Positions 49,964-62,122 are shown, numbered from the whole stretch's first letter. The stretch is 63,229 nucleotides of DNA, filler included, from Neoconidiobolus thromboides FSU 785 (GCA_025603075.1; 5 parts of 5 records of this genome joined end to end with filler, not necessarily neighbours in it); one strand, 5' to 3'. Notes: generated by a model from the letters alone, not told the origin. Numbers and translations are program-made.

Positions 49964-52900
49964 TTAATTCTTTTTATTGTCTTTTTTATTTTTTTTCCCT
50001 TTCTTATTCTTTCCTTTAGTATCAGAAATTTCTTTTTCTTCCACTTCATCTTCTTTTTTCGTATCTTCCTCTTCTTCCTCTTTTTTCGTATCTTCCTCTT
50101 CTTCCTCTTTAGTTTTTACTCCCTCTTCCTTTTTCTTTTCTTCTACAGCCAGTTCTTTAACTTCTTGCTCCTTCTTTATATCGCTCTCAACAGCTTCTTT
50201 TTTCTCTTCCTTTGTATCACCTTTGGCAGTTTCTTTCTTCCCATCCTTTATTTCTTTTTCAACAATTTCCTTCTTTTCCTCATTTTCTTCTTTCTCAATA
50301 GGCTTCTCTTTTTCTTTAGTTGCTTGATTCATAGTCGTATTCTCTTTATCGTTTTTTGGTCCCTTCTCATCACCCTTTTCAAGCCTATTATGTTCTTCCC
50401 CTTTATTCATTTTATTATCTGAATAGTATTTTGATTTAGCAAACACATCGTTTTTGCCCGTTACGTTTGTTTTTTCTTCCATTTCGGTACCACTTGTCCC
50501 AGTCTCAGGCTGTACAATTTCCCAAGATTCCTAGTTAATTTAATATTATTTATTTAAAATATATAATAAACAAATAGAACTTACAATTTGAGCTGATACT
50601 TGTTTTTTGGCACTTTGAAACCAAGATGAAAACCCAGACATTAGTTTTTGAGCTTGTTGTGTTGTGTTTTTGAGGGTTTCATTAGTACCAGTGGTAGTAG
50701 ATGGTGCAGGGCTTCCAATTTCTTCTTTCTTTTCAATATCCCTTTGAGATTTGCCCTCTGTTGATATCGCAGTTGCAGTTCCACCAACAGGATTTTGTAA
50801 GTCATGATAAAGCCCGGCTGGTAAATAAAGAAGGGCATTAATAAAGAAGAGCTAATTTAAATAGTATAATAAAACTCACAAAATACTTTTGATAGTCTTT
50901 CACCAGCTTGACCTAGTTTTTGCACTACTGGAGTTAAATTTTCTTCTAGTTTAATGTTTTTTATTTGACTAAAATAAGGAATTAATTAACTAATTACAAC
51001 ATTTTAAATGATAATTACCTAGCTAGCTTAATTTGAATACTATCAAAGATAGTTGCACCATGACCAGGATGACTAAACAAAAAGAGTTAATATTAAACAA
51101 ACAATTACAAAATGAACATCAAATAATGTTCATATAATATAAACTTACCCCAAAGTATCAATATCCAATTCAAACATAGAATCTTTTGTGATATATTGAA
51201 TTAAAGATTTAAAATTGGGTGCTTTTGCCCATAAGTTAACAAAATCTAAATTAAATTCATCCAATATAGAAGTAACTATAACAATAATAAATATTAGCAT
51301 AAATAATTAAAACCCAGGTTCTTAGTCTCATTATAAAATATCATTGTTGTTAATTATTGAATATTTTCTTACCTCTATCTTGGTATTCCTCTTTAAATTC
51401 GGTATCAACTTGAGCTTTTAATTTTAATTTTTGTGAATAAAGTACAGATGCTGCTAATGATTGATAATAAATAAAATATTTTTGTCTCAAATAAGTATCG
51501 GAGCCAACAAAAGAAGATTCTATTAAAAACAGTAAATTAATTCAAAAAAACAAATTACAACGTATAACAAAAAACAATTTACCATTTGATACTGAATTAC
51601 TTGAATGTTGATTAGCAGCTAATAGTAATTCATTCATAAATTTAATGTCTGCCGAAGTTAAGTTTAATACACCTTCTAATTTGTTATCAAATAGTTTAAT
51701 TTCTCCTGTATCTACCTAAAAATATAATTGGTAAAATTAATGATAAAAACTTTAAAACAAATAAAACATAAAATAGTGTTATTATAATTAATAACTTACA
51801 TCTACTCTAACATCATAAAAATCAGATTTTAGTTCAAACAACTGATTTGTTGTACCAACTAAAAAGGATTTTGTGTTTGATTCACCAATACTTGAAGAAA
51901 ATTCATCAAATTGTTGTAAAGTTAAACAAGGTTGAAATACACAATACTAATCAAATATTAAAAATCTTAATTAAATCCCATTAAAATATTAAAATATTAA
52001 AATATAATACAATCTAAATCAAATTAAACTTACCTCATCGAAAATAGGTGGATTAAAATTATTAATAATTTCTGATATCTCTTTGCTCTCTTTTAATTTT
52101 TCATTATTTTCCCTTAACTTTAAATCATAATATTCTACGGAAGCAGAGCCAGCTAAATGTCTCATTGTATCTGATATGAAGTTTAAATTTAATTTCTTTA
52201 ATATACTTTTTAATTAGTTATTTTAGTGACTTACCACCCAATAAAGATAGTAAACAGAATTGATATAAGCCCACTTTTTCCATCATAGTACCATAAAACA
52301 ATACCTAGATAAATATAGCTGAATAAATATATATAATAATATGTTACTAAGTAGTTTACTTTTTTCTGTAATAATAATAATTTTAATAGTTTTAAACTAT
52401 TTTCACCAAATTTTTTAATAAACTCGGGAATTGGTAAACCTAATTAATTATATTAATTATGTTTATAAAATCAGTTACTATTATCATTATTATTTACCAG
52501 AATACAAAATATCATCATCTACATCTTCAAAATATTTAATATTTTTTAACGATGTAAAAAATTCCTATAAAAAATATTAATAACTATCATTTATTTATTT
52601 TTATTTTTATTTATAATAATTACTTACTTTAAATATATCTAAATTAGCAAAATCCAATTGTTCAAAATAAGCCATAGTAACTTGGCTTAATTTTTCATTA
52701 ACAATACCAATTGTAGGCTAATTAATAACAATATAATATTAATAAACACATCAAAGTTTACATTACTACTATTAAATATTTACGTTTTTAGTAATAACAA
52801 CAATTGCTTTTTGAACAAAGGAGCGACTCATATCCGAAGTTTTATTAATAATTTTCTAATAATAAAACAATGAGCTTAAATTATTAAAATCGGTTATTTT

Positions 52901-53491
52901 AAATTACTTCTGTTTCAATTTGTTGAAATTTAGAAATGGCAAATAAAGTTTGTTGATATGCTTTTTCTTGTACGTCCAATGGTGGTAATGTGAAAAAACT
53001 ACTGCCTGTATTACTTTGATGAGAACCATCTAAAAATATTATATTCTAATTAATAAATTCTCTTATTTATAAAACTCATCAGCTCTCAATTGGCCCTTTT
53101 ATAATACAAACAAAGAGCCAGATTTAATATTAAAAAACTTACCAGGTAAAGCAGCAAAAGGTAAAAAGGACCAATTTTGGGGTAATTGAATATAAGTATT
53201 ATTATTAGTATCTGATAAACTCTCCTCAGTTAATCTTTTATCTTCAATTGATTCTGATGGAGTAGTAGAATACGTTTTTGTTTCAGAACCTGGTATTGAA
53301 GGATAGGCATATTCAATTACTGGGCCTTTTAAATGGTGACTAAAGAGAAGGAATGAAGGTTAATATAGAATGGGTGAAGAGGGGTATGAATTTTTTAATT
53401 ATTATTTTTTTACTTACAATCCAACTACTAATATATGTAAAAAATTGTCTTGATTCATAGCTGATTCTTGTTCTTTAATTTCTGTGTCCAT
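49964..53491 (-). CDS. AVL9: Late secretory pathway protein Avl9 (DENN-like), many short introns, E/K-rich last exon
   Basis: Spliced reading gives LHILVVGF/HH.KGPVIEYAYP, LPFAALP/DGSH, RSFVQKAIVV, FQPCLTLQQ, FLVGTTNQLF. The final exon 49964-50530 is in frame with the 172-aa ORF. Not every intron boundary was checked. Confidence 0.85.
50054..50107. repeat. 27-bp tandem duplication in the AVL9 last exon (TKKEEEEED-type unit x2)
   Basis: ttttttcgtatcttcctcttcttcctc occurs twice head-to-tail. Confidence 0.9.
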
Positions 53492-53680
53492 TTTTTAATA
53501 TTAAAAAAGAATTTTTTATCTGACTGTTAAAGTTATAAACTCCTAAAAATTTTAATTAAATTTAATGGAACGTCATTGATTTGATAGCTTAATTTAAAAC
53601 CTATAACCTTTGACTAAAAAAGGCAATCATAAAGAAAAAAAAATTTAAAACTCTTTTTATTATTATAGTTTACTATAGAA

Positions 53681-55265
53681 ATGAGTGAAATTAGTGATAT
53701 TCGACAAATGCAACAAGATGAACCAAAAAAGCCGCAATTTGAATTAAAAATGCATGAAAATTATTTTAAAAGATGTTTGGATTGTCTACCTAGTGCTTAT
53801 AGTTCAACAGATACTAATCGGTAATCTTATTTTCATCTTATAATAATACAAAATATCTTATAGCATATTTCTTATTGTATCATTTTAGTATGACTTTAAT
53901 TTATTTCATTTTATCGTCCTTAGATGTATTGAATAAACTAGAAAACAATGTTGATGATAATAGAAAAAAGCAAATTATTGATTGGGTTTATGAACAACAA
54001 ATAATAGAAGTAGAAGGAAAGGGTAAGTTTATTTTAGTTTGATAATATATAAATTAAGCAGTATGTTATTCACATGTTTTTTTGCAACAGAAGACAGTAT
54101 AAAATACTGTGGCTTTAGAGGTTCTAATTATACTGGTATTGAATTGAAAGAGAAAGTAAATAATTTGACTAAGTTTATTAATATACATGCTTAAATTAAA
54201 ATAGCAAACTAAATTAATTCCATACAATCAAGCAAATTTAGCTATGACATATACAGCATTAACAATCTTAATAATATTAAAAGATGATTTTGCTAGAGTG
54301 GATAAAAAAAGTATTATTAATTCATTGAAATATTTACAACAGGAAGATGGAAGGTAACTTTACATTTACTTATATTAATGTAAATTTTTATTAACATTAA
54401 TAATGTTTAAATTAGTTTTGTTCCAGTTTATGGTAGCAAAGAATCCGACTTAAGATTCACTTATTGTGCTTTTGTAGTTAGTTATCTATTGAATGATTTT
54501 ACTGGCTTTGATGTGGAACTAGCATTAAACTATATTAAAAATAGTCAAGTAGAGTTTATTTATAAAGATATTATCAGTTGTATTAATTTATACTTTATAG
54601 ACATATGATTTTGCTATCTCACAAGGACCTAATTTAGAATCTCATGGTAATTCATTATTATTATTACATTGTAATATAGATAATAATTAAATGCTATCAA
54701 GGTGGATCAACATATTGTGGATTAGCAGCATTGCATTTAATTAATAAAATGGATAGTATTATTAATGATAAAGAGAATCTAATTAAATGGTGCTTAAATC
54801 GACAAAATAATGGATTTCATGGTAGATTAAATAAACCAGATGATACTTGCTATTCTTTTTGGATTGGAGCTTCATTGAACGTAAAATTAAATTTATATTA
54901 ATAATATAATTATATATACTAATATTTTATTTTTAGATGCTTAAAGCGGATTTTTTAATAAATAAGAAATTAAATCAAAACTTTTTATTTAGTACTCAAA
55001 CTAAAGTAGGTGGATTTTCAAAATATCCAGGTGGATTCCCAGGTAAATATTATATTTAATAGTTCACAATATACAATATATAATAGTCTATAATATAATA
55101 TAACATTTTTTGATACTTTATTGTTTAGATTTACTTCATTCTTATATGGGGTTAACTGGCTTATCATTAAATGAATTTGAAGGTTTAAAAAAAATTCATC
55201 CTTCTATTAATTTATCTTTGGATGCAGTTGAACACTGGAAGAACAATATATTACCAAATTTATAA
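53681..55265 (+). CDS. CDC43: Geranylgeranyltransferase type I beta subunit, multi-exon
   Basis: HENYFKRCLDCLPSAYSSTDTNR, ESHG/GSTYCGLAAL, WCLNRQNNGFHGRLNKPDDTCYSFWIGASL, DLLHSYMGL. Confidence 0.9.
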
Positions 55266-55372
55266 TATAAAAATAAAATAAAACGTTATTCTAATATTGT
55301 TCTAATATCATTATAATACACTCTCTTATTCCAATATGATATAATAAAAATGTAAATAATTTATTATATAAT

Positions 55373-56041
55373 TTAGTTTTCAAATATTAATGAAAATAAT
55401 TTTTTATCAAATAAATCGGAACGTATGGGCATTTCAGGAGTATAAAATGGATTTTTTAATACATAATCTGTATATAGTTGATATATTCTTTTCATCATTG
55501 TTTTTTCTCCTTTTTGTAAGGGGTCACTTATTAATAAGAATTTGGTACCTAATTTAAAATAATAATAAATAAATAAATGATATTAGTCACTATAGGTAGT
55601 AGAAGGGAGACAACAACATATATTATATTTTTAATTTTAATATTTGAATCAATTATCATTCAAATTATATATCAGATAAGAAATAAACAATAAATGAAAT
55701 TAAAACTACGTCCTTAAATGACAACTATAAAAATAAAATAACAATAAATTACCTGTTAAAGTCTGAAAACAAGCTAATTTAAATTTGGAAGTTTCAATCG
55801 AATTAATACCTGAGTTACTAGGTATTGGTGATATTTTAGAAGAAATGGCATGTACTCTAAAGCAATCAATAATTATAAATTTATTTTAAATTTTGATTAA
55901 GTTAAATTTATTATCTTACCCATGAAAAGTACCAGCTAAAACAAGATATTCATTACTTGATAAATTATTTAACTTTTTTTCAAAATCCTTCTGGTAAGCT
56001 AAACCACCTGCTTTATTAATGATATATAAAGAGTAATACAT
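55373..56041 (-). CDS. TRS23: TRAPP complex subunit Trs23 (TRAPPC4, sybindin-like), 3 exons
   Basis: MYYSLYIINKAGGLAYQKDF, LVLAGTFHG/VHAI, FKLACFQTLTG/TKFLLI, IYTDYVLKNPFYTPEMPIRSDLFD. Confidence 0.9.
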
Positions 56042-56218
56042 TTGTTGAAGTTAAAAAAATAAACTTTTATTTTTCAACTAGTTTGAATGATACGATTCTA
56101 TTATTTTCTAAGTTTTGTTCTATCAAATCAAATCAATTTAATTCTAATTATTTGAACTTTAATACTATTATTGATACTGTAATTTTCCATTTTTATTAAA
56201 ACTCAAAAAAAATACAAG

Positions 56219-56949
56219 ATGTTTAGATTTAAGAGTATAATACAATCTCAACTTACAAGTAAAAAAGTAATTCCTTTATTTATAATCACTGACTAAACAT
56301 TAATATATTTACCATTCAACAGTATCTCTTCAATCCCTTATTACACAATGTAACTCCCAAACGTAACATTCTAAGCATGAAAGAACGCATGCATCGCACA
56401 ACCGCTGAACAAAAACAAGGTATCACCGATTCCTTACTCTACGCAACTTCGGTGATTGTAGTTTTTATTGGTTTTACTTACGCTTCAGTTCCTTTATATC
56501 GAATGTTTTGTGCAGCCACTGGGATTGGAGGTACTCCTGTTACACACAAAGAAAAATTTGAACCTGAGAACATGAAGCCGGTAAGAGATAGTAAAAAATT
56601 AAAAATCCGATTTACAAGTTCCATGTCGGATTCTTTGAATTGGGAATTTACACCACAACAAAGAGAAATTACTGTTGTTCCTGGGGAATCTGCTTTAGCT
56701 TTTTATACAGCAAAAAATTTGGCGGATGAAGATATCATTGGTGTGTCGACATATAATGTGGTACCTCAACAGGCGGGTATTTATTTCAATAAAATCCAGT
56801 GTTTTTGTTTTGAAGAACAAAAGCTGCAGGCTGGAGAAGAGGTGGATATGCCCATCTTCTTTTTTATTGATCCTGACTTTTTGGATGATATTATATTGAA
56901 GAATGTGGATACTATTTCGTTAAGTTATACCTTTTTCAAAGCTAGATAA
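56219..56949 (+). CDS. COX11: Cytochrome c oxidase assembly protein Cox11; exons 56219-56266 and 56323-56949
   Basis: YASVPLYRMFCAATG, YFNKIQCFCFEEQ, VDMPIFFFIDP. A basic presequence exon splices in frame over a 56-nt intron. Confidence 0.95.
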
Positions 56950-57054
56950 AAAAGCGATTGAAAGGGGAATAGAAATAAATACTTAGAAATGGAATTTGTT
57001 TTAAAAGATTTAACTTTATAAATTTTATTAATGGATTGATTTTATTTATCTATT

Positions 57055-57442
57055 CTAACTTTGCTCTTTTTTGGCATTCATTTTATTTTTAATATACTCA
57101 ATACGTACCGCATCCACTGCATTTGGTTTTGTACTAAAAATTGATTGATTTTGATTAATATTTAATGTTTAGTACTACTATGAAATAAAAATGATGAGAC
57201 TTACAATTTTTCAGTACATGAATTCATTATATTAAACTCTTTTCTACAAGTCCAGACAACAGAAAATGTACGTCCACGAGCACAATCAACGAACTCTATG
57301 TTTTGATTTTTTACATATTAATAGCAGATCTGTTATTTCATGTTAAAAGCTTACGTTCAATTTCTTTGAAACAATATTCTCTAGCTCTTTTTTTGACTTC
57401 ATTTAATACTTCAGTTTCTTCATAGGCACTAAGAACTCTCAT
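57055..57442 (-). CDS. CMC1: Twin CX9C mitochondrial COX assembly factor Cmc1-like, 3 exons
   Basis: Spliced reading: MRVLSAYEETEVL..AREYCFKEIE.FVDCARGRTFSVVWTCRKEFNIMNSC...VRIEY, with two CX9C motifs. Not in the ORF track. Confidence 0.8.
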
Positions 57443-57591
57443 TATTTTACTTTACTTTGTATAAAAATTTAAAAATATTTAATTTCGATTTTCTATAAAA
57501 AAACGTAAGTTTTAAAGTTATAAGTTTTAACGTTTTCTCATCTTTTTAATTTTCTACTTTTTTAATTTTAATTTCCAAATATTCAATTCCA

Positions 57592-58108
57592 ATGATTAAT
57601 TATTTAAAAAGAAAAGAAACACCGTCAGAAACTAAAATTTATAAAGAAATAATTAAAAATCCAGAAACTGATGAAGTGTTATTTATATTATGTATTGAGT
57701 TAAAAGAAAGTTTATTCCTCTGGCTAAGTAACCATATTGATGCTAATTTTAATAACTTAGCTTTATCTATGAAGAGCATTAAGGTAAGTTTTATTAAGAA
57801 TTTACAAATTTGAAGAGATCAATTGTTTACGTTTTATTTACTTTTAATTAGGATATCATCCCAATCTCTTCATTACTATTAGGTGAAATTGTACAAGATG
57901 AATATACTATACAGTTAAGTAAAAGATTAGGTAAGTGGAAATTTCATTTATTTACATTTAAATATTTAATGATCTTTAATTAGCTAAGAAATATAACAAA
58001 ATGTTTTTTGTATCTACTAATTTGATATCAAAATCAGATGAGATTTCTAGTTTTCATTCTACCGAATTAGCATTGAAAAAATATTTAGATACTATTATTG
58101 TCGATTAA
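57592..58108 (+). CDS. POC4: Proteasome assembly chaperone 4-like (PAC4/PSMG4), 3 exons
   Basis: ELKESLFLWL...FNNLALSM / PISSLLLG...QLSKRL / AKKYNKMFFVSTNL follows the PAC4 pattern, with GTAAGT donors. Confidence 0.65.
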
Positions 58109-59140
58109 AATTAAAAAATAGGGCTTTAAGATTGTTTATTTTCTAATTTGCTATGGTTGATAATAAAATGTAATCTTTTTTTTTGTATGTTTATGTTAGA
58201 TATTAATTTGTTAGTGATAAAATGGCAACTAATATATATGTAAAAGTAATTGTTTTATTATTATTATTTAAAAAAGATCTAATAAATTGAATAAAATTTA
58301 GATTATTTTAATATAATATATTGTAGTTGGTATTTTTTTGTATTAAGAAGCTCCTTACAATTACTTAGATTGTGTATTACATTCCTTATTTAGAATGATT
58401 TAAAATAGTTTATTATCGACGTCATTTATCTTCTACCGCACAATTAAAAAAGGTAGCCTGTAATTGATTTTTTTATTTTAAACCCACTATAGCTATATAA
58501 CATACGGTAACGCTGAGAATAAGCTAACTGTTGATAGGAGTACAACCCAATTTATAGACAATTGTTGTTAAATTAACAATTCTTTCAAAAGCAATGGAAT
58601 AAAACCAAAACAACGGAGTATAAAAACCTAGTTAAAAATAGCATTATTTATATACTTCAAGTCTAAAATTTGAAAAATTTAACGTTTTTTCATTTTGGTC
58701 ATTTTTTACGTAGTATGAAAGTTAAAAAGTAATATTAGTAAAATACTAGTACATAAAGCATTTTCATGTAACTTTAGTCTATTAGAGAAATAAAAGCTTG
58801 AAAAATATTGAACTTTGAATTCAAAATATTCAATAACAGAATATCGAATAAAGTCTTATAGCAAAATATTATATCTAACTAGTATTTTATAATGAGTAAA
58901 ATTAACGAATCTGACTAAATAGTAATTGAGTATTTAATTCAATTTAAGTAGTAAAGCCGATGTGGCTTAATTTCTATTGGTTAAAAAAGAATTCTTGATT
59001 AAAATAGTAAATTTCAAATTAAACTTAAGCTGAAATTGATTGAAATGATTATCAATGCCATCTTACATATATTTATTGAAAAAGTTATATAGATTAAAAA
59101 TATAAGTATTGTTTACTTTAAAAGTATTTAAAAACATAAA

Positions 59141-59801
59141 ATGACTGTTAACACTATTAATACTACTAGAATTCTTCATGAAGCTCACCCAGATGGTTTA
59201 CTAAATTCCTATAAACATTTTGAAATAATGAAAGAAAAAATTGATCTCGAAAAGATAGAATTAATTCAAGATAAACTATTAGTCCATAGTTTGTGTCTCT
59301 CAGTAGACCCGTCTATCTGATTAGAAATGAAATAAGGTGATATCAAAAGTTATTTCCCAGTTTTTAGTATTAGAGAGCTATTTATTGGTAGGATAATATC
59401 CGAAATAATAAGATTACAAAGTGACAAACATAAAAAAGAGGTTGAGTTGCATTTGGTAATTGGGCTAAACCTTCAATTTTTGATGCAGTCATGACTAATT
59501 TGATCCCTAATGGTCGTGAATCAAAAACCCCACTCTCTTATTACTTAGGTATTACTGGTATGCCAGGAGCTACTGCTTATGTTGGATTGCATACTATCTG
59601 TGAACCTATTAAACAAGGAGAGACTATCTTTATCTCAGCTGCATCTGGAGCTGTAGGTCAAGTAGTTGGACAATATTGTAAACAATTAGGATTAAGAGTA
59701 GTTGGATCAGCTGGTAGTGATGATAAGGTTGAGTATTTATTAAATGAGTTAAAGTTTGATGCTGCTTTCAACTACAAAAAGTATGATGATCTAGTACCAG
59801 T
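59141..59801 (+). pseudogene. Alkenal-reductase paralog with disrupted 5' half and clean 3' half, truncated by gap
   Basis: Two in-frame stops (SVDPSI*LEMK*GD), then a frameshift and another stop near KHKK. After that the reading is open: LGITGMPGATAYVGL...FISAASGAVGQVVGQ...VVGSAGSDDKV...FNYKK. Confidence 0.85.
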
Positions 59802-59901
59802 NNNNNNNNNNNNNNNNNNNNNNNNNNNNNNNNNNNNNNNNNNNNTTAATTAATTAANNNNNNNNNNNNNNNNNNNNNNNNNNNNNNNNNNNNNNNNNNN
59901 N
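59802..59901. other. Artificial scaffold spacer
   Basis: 44 N + TTAATTAATTAA + 44 N. Confidence 0.97.
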
Positions 59902-59996
59902 ATTTAAGGCTGTTAATTTTTTTTCAGTAATCTCATAGGCAATATCACCATCAGTACACCAGTTGGAATAAGGAATTAAAGTAGAAAGGGAGTCAC
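59902..59996 (-). repeat. 95-bp perfect inverted repeat, left copy
   Basis: Exact reverse complement of 61621-61715. Confidence 0.95.
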
Positions 59997-60060
59997 CGAA
60001 ATTCTCTTCTTTGTATACTTTGTTTTTTCTGAATTTCATTCCTAAGGATCTTAATGACAT
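59902..60060 (-). CDS. 5' end of an unidentified gene, truncated by gap (pair with 61557-61715)
   Basis: ATG-initiated, open to the gap. Shares KNKVYK-like and DSLSTLIPYSNWCTDGDIAYEITEKKLTALN with its partner. Family not recognised. Confidence 0.55.
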
Positions 60061-61556
60061 AGTATATATTTGAATGCTTGTTATTTTTATTGTATTTGTT
60101 TTAATCTTGTTGTCTATTTATACTGTCTTTATTTCTTGATTTTACTTCGATTTAGGCTCACTTTTTACAATTACTTAATTAGTCTATTTCTCTATCTCCC
60201 CGAATTCATCAAATTTCATAACAAAGTAATTTTAATTTATTTACAACTTTTTAGAATTCTGAGTATTTTACATTCTAGTAAGTCTAATTTTATTGAAGTT
60301 TAATACAACACTGTGCTTTTATTTTTAAATCAATACATAAATAGCGTTATAATACTATTATGTAGAGTTTGAACTTTAAAAACCCTACAGTCCTGTAAAT
60401 CTATCAAAAATTAAAATTTTGGTATAACATCTAACTCAATATATCATGGTCAATAATGTAACATAATGTTAAAATATGTACCATCCGCAGCGAGCAGTTT
60501 GGTTGGACATATATTATATCAAAACCAAACTTGATAATACTCCAAACTTAACCCTGGAATTTATTATATTAGTCAAAGTATTCAAATTTGTAAAGTATCT
60601 TAAATTAGCCTAAGAACTACTAATTTTGGATAGTTAACAAACATTTGATCGGGGAGATAAATAAATTGCTAAAATTGGTAAGTTAAACTTAACTTCGTTT
60701 GTAGCAACTAACTGTTATTGAATAAACCCAGGTGAGTTTAATAACTTGATTAAAATTATAAATACTCTCACTACTAATTAAGTAGTTTGGCTTTTTGATA
60801 AAGCAAGATTGAAAAAAAAAATTACAATAAGGAGACTTAACATTCAATTCATTATAAACTAATTATAACAAATATTCTAGATCTTAACCAACTATTAAAT
60901 GAATTTATCTCTTAAACAAAGGGTTATATAGCTTCCCAAAATAATTAATAGGAAGCTAATCTATGGTACTGTGGAGTACTAAATATGAACACTATGTTTT
61001 TTATATTAAACCTGAAAGCTGTATCCATATCTTTAAACATAAATAATATTTATTTTGCCCTTTATTGTAAATAATAAAAATTTGGCGTAATCGTATTAAT
61101 TATTAGTTATCAAAATAATTAATACTTTAATATTAGGATATGTTTTTAGTTTCATTTATTTGTTCATTTTGAGTGATATTGAGTGCAAAAATTATCAGTA
61201 TAATTCTTGAACAAAAAGAATATATCTATATTAAATTAAAAGTTAAAAGGGTTGATAAAAACAATATTAATATTGTGTTACTAAGTTGTATTTAAAACTT
61301 ATTATATTCCAATAAATTTAATAAGCTATAATTTCTCATAAACTAAATTAAACATAATTTTAATACTGTATATGAATTAGAGCAATTTTTTGTCCTAATA
61401 TTAGCAGGATTACGGGGAGATAAAAAAAAAATACCAAATTAAGAAATTTAGAAAAAGCTATCCGAAAGTAAATTATGAAAATAAAAGTGGTATAAATAGA
61501 CAACAGAGTCAAAAAAAAGTAATAAATAATAAATAATAAACTTTTTATTTTATGAT

Positions 61557-61715
61557 ATGCTATTAGAGTCCTTTTTAAGTAGATTCCAACAAAATAAAGT
61601 ATATAAAAAGGTGGAATTTAGTGACTCCCTTTCTACTTTAATTCCTTATTCCAACTGGTGTACTGATGGTGATATTGCCTATGAGATTACTGAAAAAAAA
61701 TTAACAGCCTTAAAT
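61557..61715 (+). CDS. 5' end of an unidentified gene, truncated by gap (pair with 59902-60060)
   Basis: MLLESFLSRFQQNKVYKKVEFSDSLSTLIPYSNWCTDGDIAYEITEKKLTALN. Confidence 0.55.
61621..61715 (+). repeat. 95-bp perfect inverted repeat, right copy
   Basis: Exact reverse complement of 59902-59996. Confidence 0.95.
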
Positions 61716-61815
61716 NNNNNNNNNNNNNNNNNNNNNNNNNNNNNNNNNNNNNNNNNNNNTTAATTAATTAANNNNNNNNNNNNNNNNNNNNNNNNNNNNN
61801 NNNNNNNNNNNNNNN
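61716..61815. other. Artificial scaffold spacer
   Basis: 44 N + TTAATTAATTAA + 44 N. Confidence 0.97.
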
Positions 61816-61920
61816 AAGTCTATCTTAGTCACATAAACTAAGACCTTTCGACTTATAGTGTAGTCAACCCAGCAATAGCTGTTCTTGACTCCAAACCCTG
61901 GGTACCAGATTTCACACCAG
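61816..61920 (+). mobile_element. 3' end of the solo-LTR-like repeat, second copy, truncated by gap
   Basis: 102 of 105 nt identical to 14456-14560. Confidence 0.8.
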
Positions 61921-62078
61921 AGACATTTGATAACACCTAAAAAAATTGCTAATAAAATATCCAAATAAAAAGCACATTACCTTTTTTTGCTTAAACTATT
62001 TTTAGGTTGCATTATACTAGTTTTCCTTTTGTTGTATGATATAAAACTTATTTGTATTTCTATAAATGATTTATTTTT

Positions 62079-62122
62079 CATCATTTATAAAACTATTTTA
62101 CATCATTTATAAAACTATTTTA
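62079..62122. repeat. 22-bp tandem duplication
   Basis: catcatttataaaactatttta x2. Confidence 0.85.

Noticed and set aside
49977-50422. Phe/Ser-rich plus-strand ORFs 49977-50327 and 50165-50422
   Set aside because: Antisense of the E/K-rich AVL9 last exon.
58220-58700. Higher-complexity patch with splice-like signals (gctaac...tag), suggesting a small gene
   Set aside because: No exon combination I tried on either strand gave a recognisable or convincingly long protein. RNA-seq is needed.
61621-61715. WxxD...KKLTALN resembling the start of a FYVE domain
   Set aside because: The first zinc-binding cysteines are missing and the diagnostic RRHHCR would lie in the gap.
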